In this document: piece by piece, positions 38,408 through 52,006 of the stretch
Numbering within the stretch: the first letter of the stretch is position 1
Layout: every line of letters starts with the position of its first letter
From: Azolla caroliniana
Taxonomy: Eukaryota > Plantae > Polypodiophyta
Reading direction: 5' to 3'
NCBI GenBank assembly: GCA_043228905.1
Contig: JBHGNT010000006.1
Coordinates: forward strand, 14,632,001 to 14,696,000
Length of the DNA: 64,000 nt
The notes under the pieces: generated by a model
Seen by the model: the letters and a program-made list of their open reading frames with translations, nothing else
Databases searched by the model: none
What the model was told of the DNA's origin: nothing
Position numbers and translations under genes: made by a program

Positions 38408-41400
38408 CCTTGCCCTTGACAACATATCTGCAACTGGGTTGTCTTTTCCCTTTATATACTGCACTTCTGGGTTCATGGTTCTGATGTATGCAATCCACCG
38501 AAACATTGCAATATTTGGTGTCGTGCAACTTGCTACCATTTCGATGAGTGGCAAACAATCTATTTCAACCACTACATTTGCTTCGATCAAGTAATCTCAA
38601 TCTGTTTTTAATGCAGTAAGCAAACCCCACAATTCTCGTGTAACTTGTGCATAATTTCTTTGTCTATCATTTAATATCTTTGCTCCAAACCTGATAGCAT
38701 ATCGATGTTGGTTTTCATCTTCTTGGTTGATAACCCAACCGATCCCAATTGGGCTAGTATCAACTATCACTATAATTGGTTTTTCACCTTTGTAGTCAGG
38801 TTGACGAACAACTAGAGCTTTCAATAATGCTTCTTTCAACTGTTGAACAACTTGTGTATGTTCATCAGTCCAAATAAACTTCTTCCCTTTTCTTAAAAGT
38901 TGGTAGAGAGGATCTTAGACATGTGCAAAGTGTGGTAACAAAATATGATAAAACACACATGCGCCCAAAAATCTTCTCACCTCTGTTACCGAGTCGCAAA
39001 CTTCCTTCATATTTTGTATTGCGTTAATTTTGATCGGTGAAGGATTCCTCCCATACCACCCACACATATGACCAACTATTAGAACTTCGTTTTGCCCAAA
39101 GCTAGACTTTGTTCCTGATAGTTTCAAATGTACCTGCTCAAGCTTATTTAAAATACTTTCACAATCATTAATGTGATCCATCACAAACTTTCTGCAACCA
39201 TTTCCAACCATAGTCTCATCTTTCTCTCTTTCTAAGCATCCCTTAATAGGAATATCATCTAAAAATGGCATAGTTACCTTTGGGATGTACTCATGTAGAA
39301 CCTTGTTCATTGCATTCATCATATGAGCAACTGAATTTGTCGCACCTTGAGGTAGAGTGCACATTCGAACCAACCCAATTGGTGTTTTCATTGTTGTGAT
39401 ATTGCAACTATCAATTGCTAGTTAAAATTGGGTGTATCCTGAATATAGGTCTCCCATAGAGTAAATCGCTCTCCCAGCAAAAGCTACCGCAAATTCATCA
39501 ACAATCGGGCCGATTCCTGCATTTCGGACTGTGACTTTGTTGACTAGTTGTAGATCTTGAATGAATATTAGAGAACCATCTTTCTTTGGAACTGTGAACC
39601 ATCTGTTGGAGTATGGTGCATTTGAAGGCTCTAAAATCTTCATCTTGACTTTATCCTTCAACAACTCCAACAATTGAGGTAATCAAGCTCTCGGTACTGC
39701 AATAGGTTTAAAATTCCAAGGAATATGAGGGATACTAAATATTACCATTGGTGTTACCACCTTTGGATCTACACAACCAATCTCCTCAACTTTGAATGTG
39801 AATGCTTTCCCATGCCTAAAGATCATGTCTTTGAAAGTCGTGATCTCCGATTGTAGAAGAAATTCACCCCCTCCAACTCTTAAGTTATTCATGGTATCCG
39901 AAGTGAAGTGATGTCCAATCTTCTCTGTTGGTCAAAGCATAGGCTCAGTTGATGCTTCCTTCATCTTCTCTTCACTACCAATAGGTAATGGTACTGCAAC
40001 AGGTTTAATCTTTTTATCTATTGTTTTATATTTTGTGTTACATAAACCTTCTACGTCTTCATATTTTCAAGTATACTTATCAATTTCATAATACATATCA
40101 ATTGAGTTTACATGTATCTTTCTAACATTCTCATCATCTTCTTTCAAATACATTTCTAACTCTTCTAAAGTATTTGCAAAAGAAATTTCTTCCATAACAC
40201 TTTCAATCTGCTCTTCCATTTCAAGTACTCCATTATCCTTCAATGCCTGCTGAAACAAATTAACATTCTTTTTCAAGTTCCTCTTGCATTCATACATCCT
40301 AGTCACACATATAGCACCACTTTCAGAAACATGAAATGACTTATTCATATGTTGTAATGCCCTATATGAGGGTCTTTTAATAATGGGACTATTGCAACCC
40401 TCACTCGCAACAGTCCTAGTCACAAACCTGATTATCAAAATCATCATAGTCTTTTGGTATTGAATGATCACGAAGCTCTTGCTTTTGTTCCTCTCATGAT
40501 TCTGGCGAACTGTCATAAATTGTACAGTTCGTCGTCCATCTTGGCTACGGATTTTCGCATAGGCAGAACCATTGTCGAGGACTTTGGTCTCCATCCGTAC
40601 CGTTGTAATGTATGGTTGCCCCAGGATTATTGGATAGGTAGATCCTTCCTACACAAAGAAATGTTGGTCTACCTCTATATCACCAATAGTAACCTTTACA
40701 TTTGGGCATGCACCAAATAAATCTTCCATGACTAATGTGGCTGCTTTTACTCGCCAACCATGTTGAGTATCAATTGGCCATCTACATTTCCTGTAAAAAT
40801 CAGCACTCATTATATTTATTTCAGAACCATGATCAATAAGTGCCATCACGAGGTCTGGAACATTTCCAATCTTCACATTATGCTCAGTAGTGGCTCTGGC
40901 CCAACATTTGCGAGAGTAATGGCTTCTTACATCTGTTGAATTTATCATTGAGGTTGATGCATGTTGAGAGTCAACAACGATATTGTTTGACTCGTTGCCC
41001 ACCACTTCATATGCCACCTTCGGATTTGTCTCTTTAACCTGCTCATTTACTTGCTTCTTTCTTCGCACAATATTAATTATTTCATCATGAAATTCCTTTT
41101 TTGCAATACCTAACACTTCTCTTAGTGTAAATTCTACTCGACTGTCTTGTATTCTTGTTTCTAAAACTTTCTTTAAATCTGTATCTTTTTCAATATCAGA
41201 CATTAATTTGAATGAAGGACCAAATTTACCTTTTTCGACCTTTGCGTCCATCTCTTTTCTTTTGCTTTCTCTTGTCTCATGCTTTTTTGTTGAGCCAATC
41301 TCATCATCCGGCCTTTTCATTTTTTCTTCCACTATCACCTCATGTTCTTGGTGTTCTACCATCTAAGCATAGACTATCATAGCATCTACGGGAACATCCC

Positions 41401-42591
41401 ATCCAGTGTTTTTCCTTACAGAATCTCCGACAACACGAAGGTCTTCCATCTTCATCTTTTGCTTTTGTGCGGTACTTACAACCTTCTCCCAAAATGATGA
41501 TCAGGATGGCATGTCATCGAGGCGCATTCCTGCCGTTGCCGAGTAGTACATTGTGGAAGCCTTCTTTGCTTCAGCTTCTTCAAATTTAACCTTAACACCA
41601 CCATCACCAAAGTTCTTTGTAAGTGGACTTCTAGTTTCAGTTAAATAAATTTTACCATTTTCCAATACACCAAGTCTCGATTTTCCATGTCTTTATATTC
41701 TTCACAATCATGTAGACGATGTTCGAGACTATCGGACCACATGCATCGGGGTCGAAATGGTTCCCTTGACCTCAAAGTTTGACCATTCTCAAGCTTTGCC
41801 ACTTTAATGGTTAGATCTTTCATACTTTGAACTAAATCATCAAGAAAAGACTCACTCTTAGTTCCGATCATTTCGCGTGGTTGATGCACCATTTCGTGTG
41901 ATGGTTCTCGACCATGTCTTTGAACTTCGATGTTTTGATCAAACCGATTCATGATTCCCACATGTGGTATTTGTAGCATTACACCATCCCTTTGCATTCT
42001 TTTCATAAATTTATTACAAGCATTTGTTACCTCATTCCAATCTGCCGTTATACCATCCTCGGTATTTGGCACTTCAAGCATTAATTCCAATTCTTTTCTA
42101 TATCTCTTGTCAATTGCTTGCAAAAATAAAGCAACCTTTTGCTAAGACAAAGAATTTCTTTCTTCTGGCTTTAAGTGTCCATACATCCTATCAAACTCTT
42201 TTTTTGTGTTAGCCATAGATAACCCTTTATCTTCTTTTAAGATCCATTCATGAAATGAATGCATAGTAACTCGAGAGAAATCTTCACGAGGATATTCAGA
42301 CACAAGCGCTTCTTTGAATGCATTCCAATCCAAACTATGCAATACTTGTATTTCACGAATTCTATCTCTTAATTCCATTTCCACTAGTTTATAAAAGTTT
42401 GCTATCATATTGACATCATTCACACCAAACATTTCCATTTCATCATAATATATATTGACATACTTTGAGATATTTGTGCTATTAAACACACCAATCTTCT
42501 CTCCAACTTCTCGTAAGGCATGCAATAATTGATCTTGATTCAATTTTTCAATAAATACCCTTACTGGATCGATTGTACTCGTACTTTCCAT
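38408..42591 (-). pseudogene. gypsy F gag-PR-RT-RNase H, degenerate
   Basis: ALIDHGSEIN, MCTLPQGATNS, FLDD, VDTSPIGIG. Confidence 0.9.
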
Positions 42592-42635
42592 GTTGATATT
42601 GATCTTTACTTTAGATGTCTCTTCTACTTCCCCGT

Positions 42636-42653
42636 TTCACGTCGGGTTCACCA
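42636..42653 (-). promoter_or_regulatory. tRNA-Trp PBS of F
   Basis: Plus strand TTCACGTCGGGTTCACCA. Confidence 0.88.
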
Positions 42654-42658
42654 AATTG

Positions 42659-43702
42659 TGTCATGGTGTGGCTCACCTAGAAGCATACCGTTGCGTAGAC
42701 AAAAGATATCGTGAAAGTGAGGAAGGAATCACTGGGATTATGGACGGAAGAGACGAAAGAGTAGAGATAGAGTAAATAGAGATCAACAAGATATGACAAG
42801 ATGGGATATAGAATGATATTTGAAGGAATGAAAGAAACTTATAATTATTTGATGAATAAGTTACAAAATGATTGCGAGCATCGTTGATCCTTGGAGCTTT
42901 GTCTCACAAGGTAATCGCTCTTCTCTTTCTTGATGGTAGACCATAGTCTTCCCTTCAATCTCTCAACAAGTATAAGACTCAAACCGCCACCCTTCCGTTG
43001 CGAGTTGAGGACCACCACCACCAAGCTAGTTCTTCTTTTCTCTTTTAAGAATACCTTTCTCTCTCTCGCTCTCTCTCTCTCTCTTTTTCTCTATTACAAT
43101 ATATCTTTCTCTAGATCCAATATAACCATTTCCATCTTATTTCTTCCTTCCTTTGTCTATACTTCCTTCTCCTTTTATAGGGAAGAGATGGTTCTACATG
43201 TGGGCCATGTGGTGCACATGTAGAGAGGCTCTTGCATGTGTGCTATATGGTGCACATGTAGCACATTTGATGGTTTAAACCATATAATACTAGATAAAAC
43301 CAAAACAAAACATATACTTATATACATTATAAGTATAGGCTAAATGGTAAGGTGTGAATGCCATAAGGTTGAGGTTGTTGGTTCAAGTCCTCTTTTGCCC
43401 ATGTAATTTTGTGCATGTATTATATTACATGGTTTAGACTATAAAATACTACTTCAAATCATATATTATTTTGTAAATTATTAGTATAGGCTAAATGGTA
43501 ACCTTTGAGTGTCATAAGGTAAGGTTTATTAGTTCAAGTCCTCTCTTGCCCATGTAATATAATAGATTTTTTTTTTTTGTCTCTACATATAATGTATAAT
43601 ATTATCATAGTATGTTATTAACATTAGAAAGGTTTATTTTATTTTCATTACGTATTTATCTTATTGTAGACTTTTAATGTGAAGTTTTTGTACTTCACGA
43701 CA
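42659..43702 (-). repeat. gypsy F 5' LTR
   Basis: Direct repeat of 30454-31483; adjacent to the PBS. Confidence 0.93.
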
Positions 43703-44024
43703 GCAGCGCAAAGCATTCGTCAACTGACATCGGCATGCGCGTGAAAAGAATTTTATGGTTGGGAAAGCGGTATTAGTTTTTCAAACACGCATGGGGCAAA
43801 TGCCAGGAAAATTAAGATTCCACTGGACAGGCCCATACTGGATAGTGGGAGCGGAACAGGGCACGTTTCAACTTGACACTTTGCCCAGGGAAGTGTTACG
43901 ACAAAAGGTGAATGGATTTCGCCTTAAACCTTACCTGGGACCTACGCTACCTAACCCGTCCCCGCCGGACAGGACAAAGCCAGGGAATCCGCGGAGTAAG
44001 TATAGGGCCCTACTTGTACCATAG
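43703..44024 (+). pseudogene. G1 integrase C-terminus (GPY/F module)
   Basis: PGKLRFHWTGPYWI...VNGFRLKPY. Confidence 0.85.
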
Positions 44025-44335
44025 TGTAAATTTTTTTTTGTATGTAACCGTTACAAAACGGAAAAAAGAAGAAGAGAAGATAGTGACGCTACTAAAAGGA
44101 CTTAAGGCATGCACAAACTTCTAGGCCAAGAACACGCGGCACCACGATGGCTCACCGACCAATGAACGCTAGGCCACAAAAAGAAAAAAATAGAAGGTTT
44201 TCTGCACAGTACAAACACCAACCTTCTAACTCTCATCGCTCCCCTCACGCACCATCCTCGCCATCCTACCACAGAGCTCAAGTTCGCCATAGCCAGCAAT
44301 CCTCACCCACTAGCCACGAGTCTCACCCTCCTACT

Positions 44336-47009
44336 ATGTCGATCCCTATTTCTGCCGCCTTGCGTCGATGGCTCGTCGAAGAAACCCCTGAATGGATACA
44401 TCAAAGTCGTCAAGGCAACCCCTCACCCTAAAGCCCTGGACATGGCTAGGAAGCTGAATATCGACACGGTCACCAACACATCCATACGGAAGAAGCTTGA
44501 CCTGTCATCGCTGGGAGAAGGACATTTCGAAATCCCTCCAGCGGAAACTTTGCAGATATATTTTGGGCCCTATTCGGCATCCACCAAGGCATACAGGACG
44601 AAGGAAATCCCCGACCCCTTCTTTCGTGAAATAGCCAAGTTCCTGTTGGAGGTCCGATGCGTGCATATAAATGCCTATGGGATGCCCAAGCAGAAGGCAG
44701 GTATCATCATTGATACCCTCGAAGGGCGCATAGTCGATTGGGGGATCATTACGGAACCAGCGTTGCAGGAAGGCCTCCACGCATATCAAGGCAGAAAAAA
44801 GCTACAACCAATCATACAACAGTATCTGACGATACTATTCCTGCCCCGAGGACTGCCCGCACCACAACCCAGCAAACCCACGCTGCCACCACGATCCGCG
44901 AGACGAAGGTTAGCGGAGTTGGCCACCACAGAATGGGAGGATGAACCCCAATCAACACAGCCCAACACGCGAACAACACAAGAGGAACGAACGGAGCACA
45001 AGGAAGAAGCTCCGCAGGAGCAGGAAGCCGAGCAACGTCAAGGTAGCCCGAGGCCGAAACGGCGAAGGCTGGACAGGAAAGATGGGCGCGGATTAGTTAA
45101 AGACACACGCGCAGCCACAGAGACGACCACCGTGGTCAACAGTTGCGTAGCTACGGAGCCCAACACCACCTTCGAAGTAATCCAAGAACCACGGCCGATC
45201 ATTTCGGCCCAGTCACAGCGAGGGAAAGGCGTATTTACGGCGGAAAGCAAGGTCCTGGCATATTCGGACATTCCAAACACGGCCCATGAGTTCGGCGCAC
45301 TATTACAGTTCGGAACTACTTTTGAACTCATGGAATTATTGGCAACACAACAAATAAAAGTCTCCCAACAAATGGCCGAGGAGCATGCGGAGCGACAAAT
45401 GATTGAGTGCGCGCTAACACAAACGACGGAAAGCAATGATGAGGAGCAGCTAGCCGGAGTCGGCAGATAGCGGAACGCCGTTATACGCCGAATGGGGATG
45501 GAACTACCCCCATTAAACGCGGCCCTCGTCGAGGTTCATAGGTGACTGGCTAAGGTCAATATTGGCGCCAAGGATATGGTGATTAAAAATAAAAATGTCT
45601 AGAAAACGGTTAAACCGACCCAAGCCGAGCTACAAAAGGCCAACAAACGCATCACGGAATTGGAACATAACGCAACTATGGCGCAACAAGCAGCTCAACC
45701 AACAGACAACACCGTCGAGGCCCTGAAAGAAGAGATTGAAGCACAGACCGCCATTGCCTCGAAAGCAAAAAGGGTCATGCAACTGGTGGAATCGGAGATT
45801 GACCACCTCCGCTCCGAACTTCGCTAGTCCTCGAACAGAGAAAAGGACATCCGGCCCAATGACCAAAAGGCAGTTAAGACCCTTGAAGAGAAACTCATAG
45901 CGGAGGCAGCATAGCACACCCGCACGAAAGAAGAAAACACCAAACTACGGGAGGAAGCGCAAAAATCGGAAACGGCGATAACGGGACTCCGGGCGTTATT
46001 GGGAAAGAAGAAAGCATGGTTCGACAAGCAGCTTGTACGGGAACAGGAGAGAAGGCATCAACTTGAAATCTGCCTGAACAATGAAATGGGAAAGCTGGAG
46101 GAATTACATTTGAAGGAATCTCAGCTATGGGCAGGAATGAGGAGCAATTATGAGGAAGCGACGGCAGTCAGTAAACAAGAAATCAAAAACCTCAAGAAAA
46201 CCATAGAAGAAGCACACAACCGTTGCCAAGAATTAACTGACAACGTGCGCATACTTCTTCAAACAAATCTGGAGAGGTTTACAACCCAATTACAAGCGGT
46301 GCTAGACAAAGGCTGGATGACGTGAGCTGCACAAGCGGCGGAGTTGCATACGTACTGGGCGGACTGGGAGAACTGAAGAAAAGACGGTCGAGGATTCTAC
46401 AAACTCAATGAGGAAAGCATTGCGGCAGTACGCGAGGACCTAGAGCAGGATTATCGCACGCTAGCAAACCAACACTCCAAAGAACTCGCGCAGTTACTAG
46501 ACGATTTTGGCGAAAGTTAGGAGGACCTGTTTCACCAAATCATGCAAGCCGGCAGCACGCGACCCAACACGGAATCCATCATGATACCAATAAAGGATAC
46601 TGCTAAACGAGAGGAACCTCAGCCCATGTCACCGAAATTAACCACTACGGTGGGCAGCACGGAATAGCAAGTGGAGCCCCCCGCGATACTAGAAAGTGAG
46701 ATTACTAACCAGGAGGAACCTTAGCCCCATTCACTAGAGCGTACGACTACGGCCGGCACCATGGAGGAAGATTCGAACGAGCTAGAACCTCGACCTACCG
46801 AGAGTCCGCCGACAACTGCGCCAGCCACAGTAGAACAGGACGAGCCAGTGGAGCCCGGATCGCCCACACAGGAAGCCAACAGCACCATGGAAAGTCCTAC
46901 CGAGCAAGTACTGGAACCACACAATGACGCGCCTACAGACACTACGCCATCCCCAGACCTGGACACCGGGGCAAAACCAAACATCCGGACCATTTTGGAG
47001 GAAGATTAA
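44336..47009 (+). pseudogene. G1 extra 3' ORF of unknown function, degraded
   Basis: ORFs at 44442, 45999 and 46761 share a frame; lies between INT and the PPT and ends at the PPT. Confidence 0.7.
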
Positions 47010-47020
47010 AGGGGTGGGTC

Positions 47021-47550
47021 TGACGTGCCATGGCACTGTCCCACAGGCGTGCCAGGTGTTGTCCGCCGGAATAGTAACCGACGGATAGGAGCCTAGAAAT
47101 ATAGAATATAGTAAAAACGTTACGCATGTAATGGTTCACGCGGGAAGAATGAACGTCTAAAAGACCCTGTGTATATAAAGGGCAGAAATCCTCTGTAAGA
47201 GGTAGCGTGTAATTTTGGTGCATAGAGCATTATTGTAATAGAGTACTACCTTCTTTGATTTATGTGCATATTTGTGGTTGATCTGTGGCGTATTGTAATC
47301 ATAAGGGCGTAGGCGCAAGTGCGGGTACTAGGGCACTATCTAAGGAGTTCGGTTGTAGCCGTCTCCCTTATACGCTACGAGGATACGGGGAAGTGCCCTA
47401 TTATGTATTCCGGTACGACGGTACCATTGTTTGCAACGTAGTCACCTTGAGATTGAGATCTAGGTCGAAGGACTGACCGTAGACCGTGTTCCTAATCGGT
47501 AACAGACATGAAGTTGTTTTTCTTTTCGCCGCGCATTCGGCACGACCTCA
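47021..47550 (+). repeat. G1 3' LTR
   Basis: Follows PPT AAAGGGGTGGG; TGACGTGCC...GGCACGACCTCA; TATATAAA at 47172; gag of H resumes after it; partner LTR not in window. Confidence 0.7.
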
Positions 47551-50500
47551 CCGCCACGTACGCCATCAAGGCCCGAAGACACTACACGGAGCCATCCTCA
47601 CCGCCCAATGTATGGAAGCTACATATGCACACGACCTACACACACTAGGTAATCTCAGTCACAATCTTACAAACACTATGCCAAACGGCCACTCCCATGG
47701 ACATTGACGTCTAGAACATGCAATTACGCACCAAGAGTGCCTTGCCGGAACGAGACAACCAAGGAAGCCCCAAATGTTTCTACTGCAACAACTATGGCCA
47801 CATCCGGCGTCACTGTAGGAAGTGGCAAAACCAACAACAGAAGCAAAACATCCAATTAGCCGATGTTGCCTCTCTCTCTGAGCTGTCGGAAAACTAATCC
47901 GCAGGGTGCCACAAGGAGAGCCACCCCCGCACGTCCATGCCTCCATGTCATCAACTTCTCTCGTCTGTACCATGATCGCCCACTTCCAACACACAACCCA
48001 AGAAGTGCTCCTTGACTCTGGTAGCAGCATCTCTTCCATCAGCGTAGACTTAGTAGCCCAACTGCAACTTCCCACAAAGCACGCACCACCTATTAAAATC
48101 CTCTTTGGCGATCGGCAACGGCTATACCACTCACATACGCAAGTCACATGCACGCCAATTCCGCCTAGATCCAGCAATGTTTCTACATCCTCCCACGACA
48201 GCTGTTCCCAATCACTATAGGCTATGATTGGTTCCTTAGCAGTCGAGCTTGTCTTAATTTCTCCTCATGGCAGTTCGTCCTCCCAAATCACCTTCCAATC
48301 TTGCTCTTCACCAACTTGCGAGATACCACCCACATCAGCAACGCACAATGCCTGGTATCACCGATGGAGCACCTCCACAACATTCGAAGACTCCTATCTA
48401 CTTTTCCCTCCTTGTCTACAACATCTGCACAGCCTCCCTCCATCTGCTTTCCGATCCACTACACGATACCTACAGGAAACACTCTCCCCATCAGTGTAGT
48501 CCCCTAACGTCACTCCCCTCTCAAACCAGGAGCGCATCGACAATGTCGTCAAAACTATGTTGCAACAAGGAATCATCACACCCTCTAAGAGCAAGTGGAT
48601 CTCGAAGCCACACATGGGAAAAGAAGGGGACAAATCTTACCGTTTCTGTGTCGATTTCCAACAACTCAACCATGTTCACCACCCATGACCGATATCCTCT
48701 CCCTCGTATCAACGACCTCCTCGACCAACTCGGCAAATCAAAGTACTTCTCCTCCCTCGATTTGGTCTCGGGATATTGGCATATACCCATGAACCCCGAA
48801 GATGCCCACAAAACTGCATTCTGCACCAAGAAAGGGATCTTTCAGTTCACACAGATGCCCTTCGGCCTATCCAACGTTGGGAGCACATTCCAGCGAATGG
48901 CTAACGCCATCTTCGGTGATCTCATCACTCGCCATGTCGTGACATGTCGTCATCGTCTATCTAGACGATATTCTAAGCACCTGGGCAGACCACCTCCAAG
49001 TTTGTCAAGAGGTCCTAACTCGTGTTCAGCGCTATCGATTGCAACTGCAATGGAAGAAGTGTCGTTGGGGTAGTACACGCCTTCGCTTCCTCGGGTACGT
49101 CATCTCCTCCGACGGAATACAAATGGACCCAGAGAAGACGGAAGTAGTCCAAAAATTCCCACTCCCCACCACAATCAAGCAGCTTCAATGCTTCCTCAGC
49201 CTCCTCACGTTCTCTCTCCGCTTCATCCCATGGCTAGCCGACTTGTCAACCCCATTGTGCACACTCTTACAGAAAGACACGCCTTTTCTATGGACCGACG
49301 CGTGCGAATCCAGCTTCCTCCTGCTCAAGCGAATGCTCCAAGCCTCTGACCTTTTGGCACACCCTAATTTCACAAAGCCTTTTCATCTGCAAACGGATAC
49401 CTCCAACGTCGGCCTCAGTGCGGTCCTGCTACAATCCGACGACAACGACCAACTACGCCCAATTGCCTACATAAGTCGGTCACTTACCAAAGCCGAGGAG
49501 AATTACTCGACAACCAAAAAAGAGTTGCTCGCCATCGTCTGGGCATTCCACCATTTCCACCCATATCTGCACGGATCAACCACATCAGAAACCAACCATC
49601 AACCATTACTCTCTGTCATACGGAAGGCTCACCCACCCGGTCGCTTACTCCGATGGGCTTTGGTGTTATAGGATTACACGTTCACTTTGCAGTATCATCG
49701 TGGTCCCCAAAACATCATCCTCGATGGATTATCCCACATATCACTTCAGGCGAACCAGGTCACCTCTTGCACAACCGATTTCCCCGTATCCTCATCCCAA
49801 ATGGCGAGCATGCAGCAACACGACAAGAAGATCCAACACATCTGCCACCGTCTACTCGCTGAGCCCACATCATCCCTCACCAAGCAATTCATGATCCAAG
49901 ATAATGTCCTACTATTTTGCCAAGAAGGCAAGGAACCTCGAGTCTACGTGCCTGAGCGATTGTGGCCGTCTTACCTTCATTTCCTCCACGACCACCCGCT
50001 ATCCGGCCACTTCGGTTTTCACAAGGTGCTAGACAAAATCCGTTGCAGTTTCTATTGGTCGGAGCTACGCCACGCGGTCACCTCCTACATCAAAGCATGT
50101 AACTCATGTTAGGCCATCAAATCACCTCAACTGGCTCAAGGCCTCTTACATCCGATACAGGTTCAGGCTCCATTTGAAATCATCGAATGGGACATTTTGG
50201 GCCCCTTCCCCAAATCACAAGAAAGGAACAAGTTCATCCTCGTCATAACTGAGTATTTGACATGTTGGTCTGAGATAGTCGCCATCCCAAATGCGAAGGC
50301 TACAACCATTGCCACCAAACTCCTACAGAAAATTATCTTTCCCCATGGTTGTCCACTCCAAATCCTGTCCAATCAGGGACCCCAATTCAATAGTGAGCTC
50401 CTACGTCTCGTTTGTGCAAAATTAGGAATCCAACAATTATTTACATCACCCTACCACCCCCAGACAAATGGATTGATGGAGCGCCTTAATCGAACCTTAA

Positions 50501-51902
50501 AGCAACAAATTTCAGCCTACATTGATCCTTTGCACTCGACCTGGGACCGGATCTTGCCCTTCGTTACACATGCCTACAACACAATTGTGCAGGCCTCCAC
50601 CCGCATTAGCCCCAGAAGCATCAATCCCCCAACCGACCACGCCACTCCACTCACACGCAATGTCTTGGTGGTCCAACCTGCAACAACTCCAACCCCTCCT
50701 CCGCAAAGCCATTGCGAACAACCTACACCAAGCTCAACTACACCAATAACGACAACATGACATAGGCCGCACCGACCATCAATACCATGCCGGTGACAAA
50801 GTCCTCGTCTATTTCCCAATCCGTCATTATGGCCTGAGCGAGTCGCTCATGCACCGATGGATCATCCCCTTTGAAGTTCAAAAGCAAATACGCAGCACTA
50901 CCTACCTACTCCGCCGCGCCTCCAACAACCGCTACACCTTCGCCCACCAGTCCCGCATGAAGCCCTTCCATCAACTACCACCACCCACACCCACACCCAT
51001 GCCATCCTTCTGCTTAGAACCACCGTCCACGCCCCACCTCGCTCTGACCGCATAGTAACTTCTTTTTACAAGAGGGAACTGTGGTATTACCATGAACCTT
51101 ACCCAAGGTCCCACCTAACCACGGTCACATTGACCGTGCCTAAATCAGGTCTCAATCAACTCCCCATAACTGATGGGAGCGGGAAAACACCCACCAGGCT
51201 ACATGCCTATACGATGTAACTCCAACTTAATGGAATATGGGGTGGATGAATTGATTATTCAGAGCACTTCACAATATAATATTAATAAAGAAAAAAACCA
51301 AAGGGCATCACCAAAATTTGAAAGCTCGCAACTACTCACACAAAAGCAACAAAAGGAAGATACACATACACACAACGTTTTTTGAAGACCCAAATGATGA
51401 TACCAACGTTCGTGGGCCGACAAAACGAGAATGTTCGTGTTGAGGAAGATATGTTGATCGAAGGAGATGTTCGAGTCAAGCGTTCCCATTGAGAGAGTCG
51501 ATCAATGAGAGGACCAATGGAAGTTCCCGTCGACGAAAGATGACGATCAAGGCATGTGGGATCGACGCGCAAGGCACTCTTCCATGGGTGCGCCATAATG
51601 TGTTATCGTATGGGATGTACGGGAGATGTAGAGTGTGATGAGCGAGGATTGAATGCTATAATGTTGTTAATGTGAATGTGTAAATGTGTAAGTGTAATTG
51701 TGAGTGTGAGTCAATGTGTATGTGTATACAAGCACACATGTGTGCATGTGGATGGATACGAGGAGGTGTGAGTGAGTGATTAGTATGAATTGACAAGGGG
51801 GCTTGCACCCCTCTGTATCTACCCTTTTGTAACTATTTAATCCCTTATGGGGAATGAATGAAGAATGAAGGATTCATAGTTCTCTCTCAATCTCTTTCTC
51901 TT

Positions 51903-51946
<44 letters not shown>

Positions 51947-52006
51947 TACGTTGAACCCCCTTGGGAGGGGGGTGGAGCCTAGAATGGCTCCAGCCCCCAC
52001 CCCACA
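47551..52006 (+). mobile_element. Ty3/gypsy H, 3' portion (outer host of the nest)
   Basis: gag GPKTLHGAI, CFYCNNYGHIRRHC, LLDSGS, RT YPLPRINDLL/LDLVSGYW, RH LQTDTS, INT SPYHPQTNG; PPT AAGAGGGAAC. Confidence 0.85.
51080..52006 (+). repeat. putative 3' LTR of H
   Basis: TGTGG after the PPT and candidate CCACA end; (CT)n and a GC hairpin near the end; right boundary uncertain. Confidence 0.5.

Larger units (their letters stand above)
30454..43702 (-). mobile_element. Ty3/gypsy F (D/E lineage, AT-rich), containing copia C
   Basis: LTRs 30454-31483 and 42659-43702, TSD GCGG/GCAG, Trp PBS, PPT at 31484-31496, pol motifs LPQGATNS and FLDD. Confidence 0.94.

Noticed and set aside
42636-42653. Apparent tRNA-Trp 3' end with CCA
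   Set aside because: Only 18 nt; it is the PBS of F, not a tRNA gene.
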